From Craspedostauros australis (Eukaryota), in NCBI GenBank assembly GCA_030167865.1, contig JALAGF010006634.1, positions 1 through 44,595 of the forward strand: a DNA stretch of 44,595 nucleotides. Reading direction: 5' to 3'. Of the stretch, positions 42,377-44,595 are shown in pieces. A model generated the notes under the pieces. The model was given only the letters and a program-made list of their open reading frames with translations, ran no database searches and had not been told where the DNA came from. Within the stretch, counting starts at the first letter, position 1. Every line of letters starts with the position of its first letter. A program made the position numbers and the translations under genes.

Positions 42377-42767
42377 GAAATGTTTCGTCCATCCCGAATT
42401 ATTACAATTGCAATACCGGGTGAAATTGTACTATTCATACATTTTTAACTGTTAACGTATGATTCATATGAACACGACGGATGAAATGTTTCGTCCATTC
42501 CAAAATATTACAAGTGTACTTTCCATAATTTTTTAACTCTCAGCGTATTCTCCGTGCATTCTCGTGGTGAACATGACGATGAAATTTTTCGACCCAAAAC
42601 AAACAATTCTCATTACAATTCCGGGTGGAATTATAATTTAAATTAATTTTGAATTCTCAGCGTATTCTTCATCTCAAGACGACGGAAGTGTGAGATATTT
42701 CGCTTTTTGGGCCGGAATGCTAGGGAGCAAGGGCCGGAATTATAATTTAAATTAAATTGGCAATACC
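42377..42767. repeat. AT-rich imperfect tandem repeat (about 100-bp period, 3-4 copies) between the accessory gene and the transposase
   Basis: GAAATGTTTCGTCCAT occurs at about 42377 and 42483, and GAAATTTTTCGACC at 42581. CTCAGCGTATTCT and GGAATTATAATTTAAATTAA each occur twice. Confidence 0.75.
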
Positions 42768-43563
42768 GAGGGGCCCACAATTATTTGGAACTCACGGGGC
42801 AGATTTCCACATCCCACATGGAACTTTCCAAGTTGGCGAAGGCCGCGAATTGCGTTGCGTATCGGGGGAGAGGCGCCGATGTGCTGGCATTGAGTGGCGC
42901 CAATGTGCCGCCGTACAGATTCGTTGCCACCGTCTCTGTTCGTGTTGTGTCGTTTGTAGGTGGCGCGCCAAGCTGCAAGAGTCCCAAGGACTGACGGTGC
43001 TTGTTCGCCATGTGTCGATGGAACAAGACGAGCAAGCCGACAGCGGACTTTGGTTGAGGAGTCCACCATTTCCCATACTAGAAGTCTTTCATTGCGTATG
43101 AGCACGTGGGTCATCAACATTGCATTCCGGTCAACTATATAAGCACGCTTGTCTAGGCGCTCATTGCTGTAGTCATGGAGGGTCAAACAGTCCAATGCCC
43201 CCGATGATCGTGAATGCCTAGATGTCCTGCTTTTCTACTGCCAGCATCTCTCCTTCTTGTAAGCCACACAGCAAGAGACGGATAACATCAAGTGGGACAT
43301 CCAACATCATCGGTGGCAAACGAAGTCATGGGAGGGTCGAGCATGGCTATACATCGCATGCCATACAGGCTTGGAGTTGGCAACTGGAGGAGCTAATTTG
43401 TAGACTACATGGGCATCGGCAGCCTACGATACAAGCAGCCACTTCCTCCTTGACCACTCAACTTGCCAATGTTGCTGTCACTTCACAAAATGTTGTCTTC
43501 GTGGAAATCCGCACGAACTTTGACTCCACGTAGTCGAATCAGCGCTCGCACAAACCCACAAGC

Positions 43564-44573
43564 ATGGAACTGGAGGACAGGCACGCAGGTGAATTCGCCG
43601 TGGAAGGCTTTGCGCTCATGCGACGCGAACTGGATTGTCATGATGCCAACGTGCTCAACGATACACAGTTGCGAGAGTTTCGCGGGATGTTTGGCACTGA
43701 CCCATACATCACTCACCTCCTCTGGGAAGACCTGATTGGCACAGGTCTTCTCCCTTTCGATGCGAAGCCGAAGCACCTCCTTTGGATGTGCGCGTTCCTC
43801 CGAATGTATTTGGCGGAGACAGTGGTGGCGCGGATGATGGACACCGACGCGAAAACTTTCCGCAAGTGGGCGTGGGCCATGGCCCGAGCTGTGGCAGAGT
43901 TGCGCCACGACATTGTAAGTACAGCACATGAGAACCCCAAAAAATGCGAGCTCTCTTTTTTTCGCCTACCACGACTCACTCACAATTTCCATTCGTGACT
44001 GCTCGTATCCATCTTGCTTGCCTACAGATCGACCTAGACAATCGCTTCATTGATGCAGACAGAGATGGAAGTGCTTTCTTAACTGTAGATGGCACGGACT
44101 TTCGCACTAACGACCCAAAACCATTCAACAGAGTGTGGTACTCGCACAAGTTCAAAGCTGCTGGTGTGAGGTATGAAGTTGCTGTTTCCATCAGTAGAGG
44201 AGACATTGTTTGGGTGAACGGCCCCTTTCCGTGTGGATACATGAACGACCTGGCCATCTTCCGCTCTGAGCTTAAACAAGCAATACGGGCAGACGAGGTT
44301 GTGATTGCTGACAACGGCTACAGAGGAGATGACAAAGTGTTTCCTCCCACGTACAAAGCGGATGGCATTCTTCGTGCTCGCCACGAAACGATTAACGGCA
44401 GATTGAAGCAATGGGGCTGTCTGGGACAAAAGTGGCGTCACCATGTGGACAAGCATCACACAGTGTTCCATGCAGTGGTGGTCATCACCCAGATCGAACT
44501 CGGTAATGGCTATCCAGCGTTCGACGCCGACAAGGCGCTGGCCACAGCCCGACAGCGAATGGGTCACGACTAG
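43564..44573 (+). CDS. PIF/Harbinger (DDE_Tnp_4-like) transposase, 2 exons, 298 aa, apparently intact
   Basis: Exon 1 is 43564-43914 (HLLWMCAFLRMY...KTFRKW). A phase-0 intron spans 43915-44027 (GTAAGT...CTACAG). Exon 2 is 44028-44573 with VDGTD, YSHK, IADNGY and RARHETI. Confidence 0.93.
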
Positions 44574-44595
44574 ACTGCATATTTCATTTAAAGTA

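Larger units (their letters stand above)
39800..44595. mobile_element. PIF/Harbinger-like two-gene DNA transposon locus 2 (accessory gene plus transposase, head-to-head); right end outside the window
   Basis: Divergent accessory gene (-) and DDE transposase (+) are separated by a spacer containing AT-rich tandem repeats. TIRs were not identified, so the left boundary is approximate. Confidence 0.7.

Noticed and set aside
42752..43530. Possible third gene within locus 2
   Set aside because: Candidate frames on both strands are broken by stops or frameshifts and show no recognisable motif.

Overview
This is eukaryotic nuclear DNA, most likely from a pennate diatom. The evidence is bipartite ASAF-type plastid targeting signals, short GT-AG introns, HA-domain regulators and a diatom-type LRR gene. 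Each end of the window holds a PIF/Harbinger-like (DDE_Tnp_4-type) transposase locus. The two transposases are distantly related, share one intron at the same position, and each lies downstream of a tandem-repeat array. The right-hand locus also carries a divergently transcribed, three-exon accessory gene. Between them are host genes: two tandem helicase-associated (HA) domain proteins with low-complexity regions, a protein with a repeated D-x-x-D-Y-V-F-E-x-V-E-S-x-x-C motif, phytoene desaturase head-to-head with a divergent myo-inositol-1-phosphate synthase, a secreted LRR protein, a TPR-like protein and a thylakoid-lumen cyclophilin. Two small secreted proteins share an unrecognised six-cysteine motif. 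The apparent internal duplication in the left transposase spans a 50-N scaffold gap and is probably an assembly artefact. No rRNA, tRNA or CRISPR array was seen.
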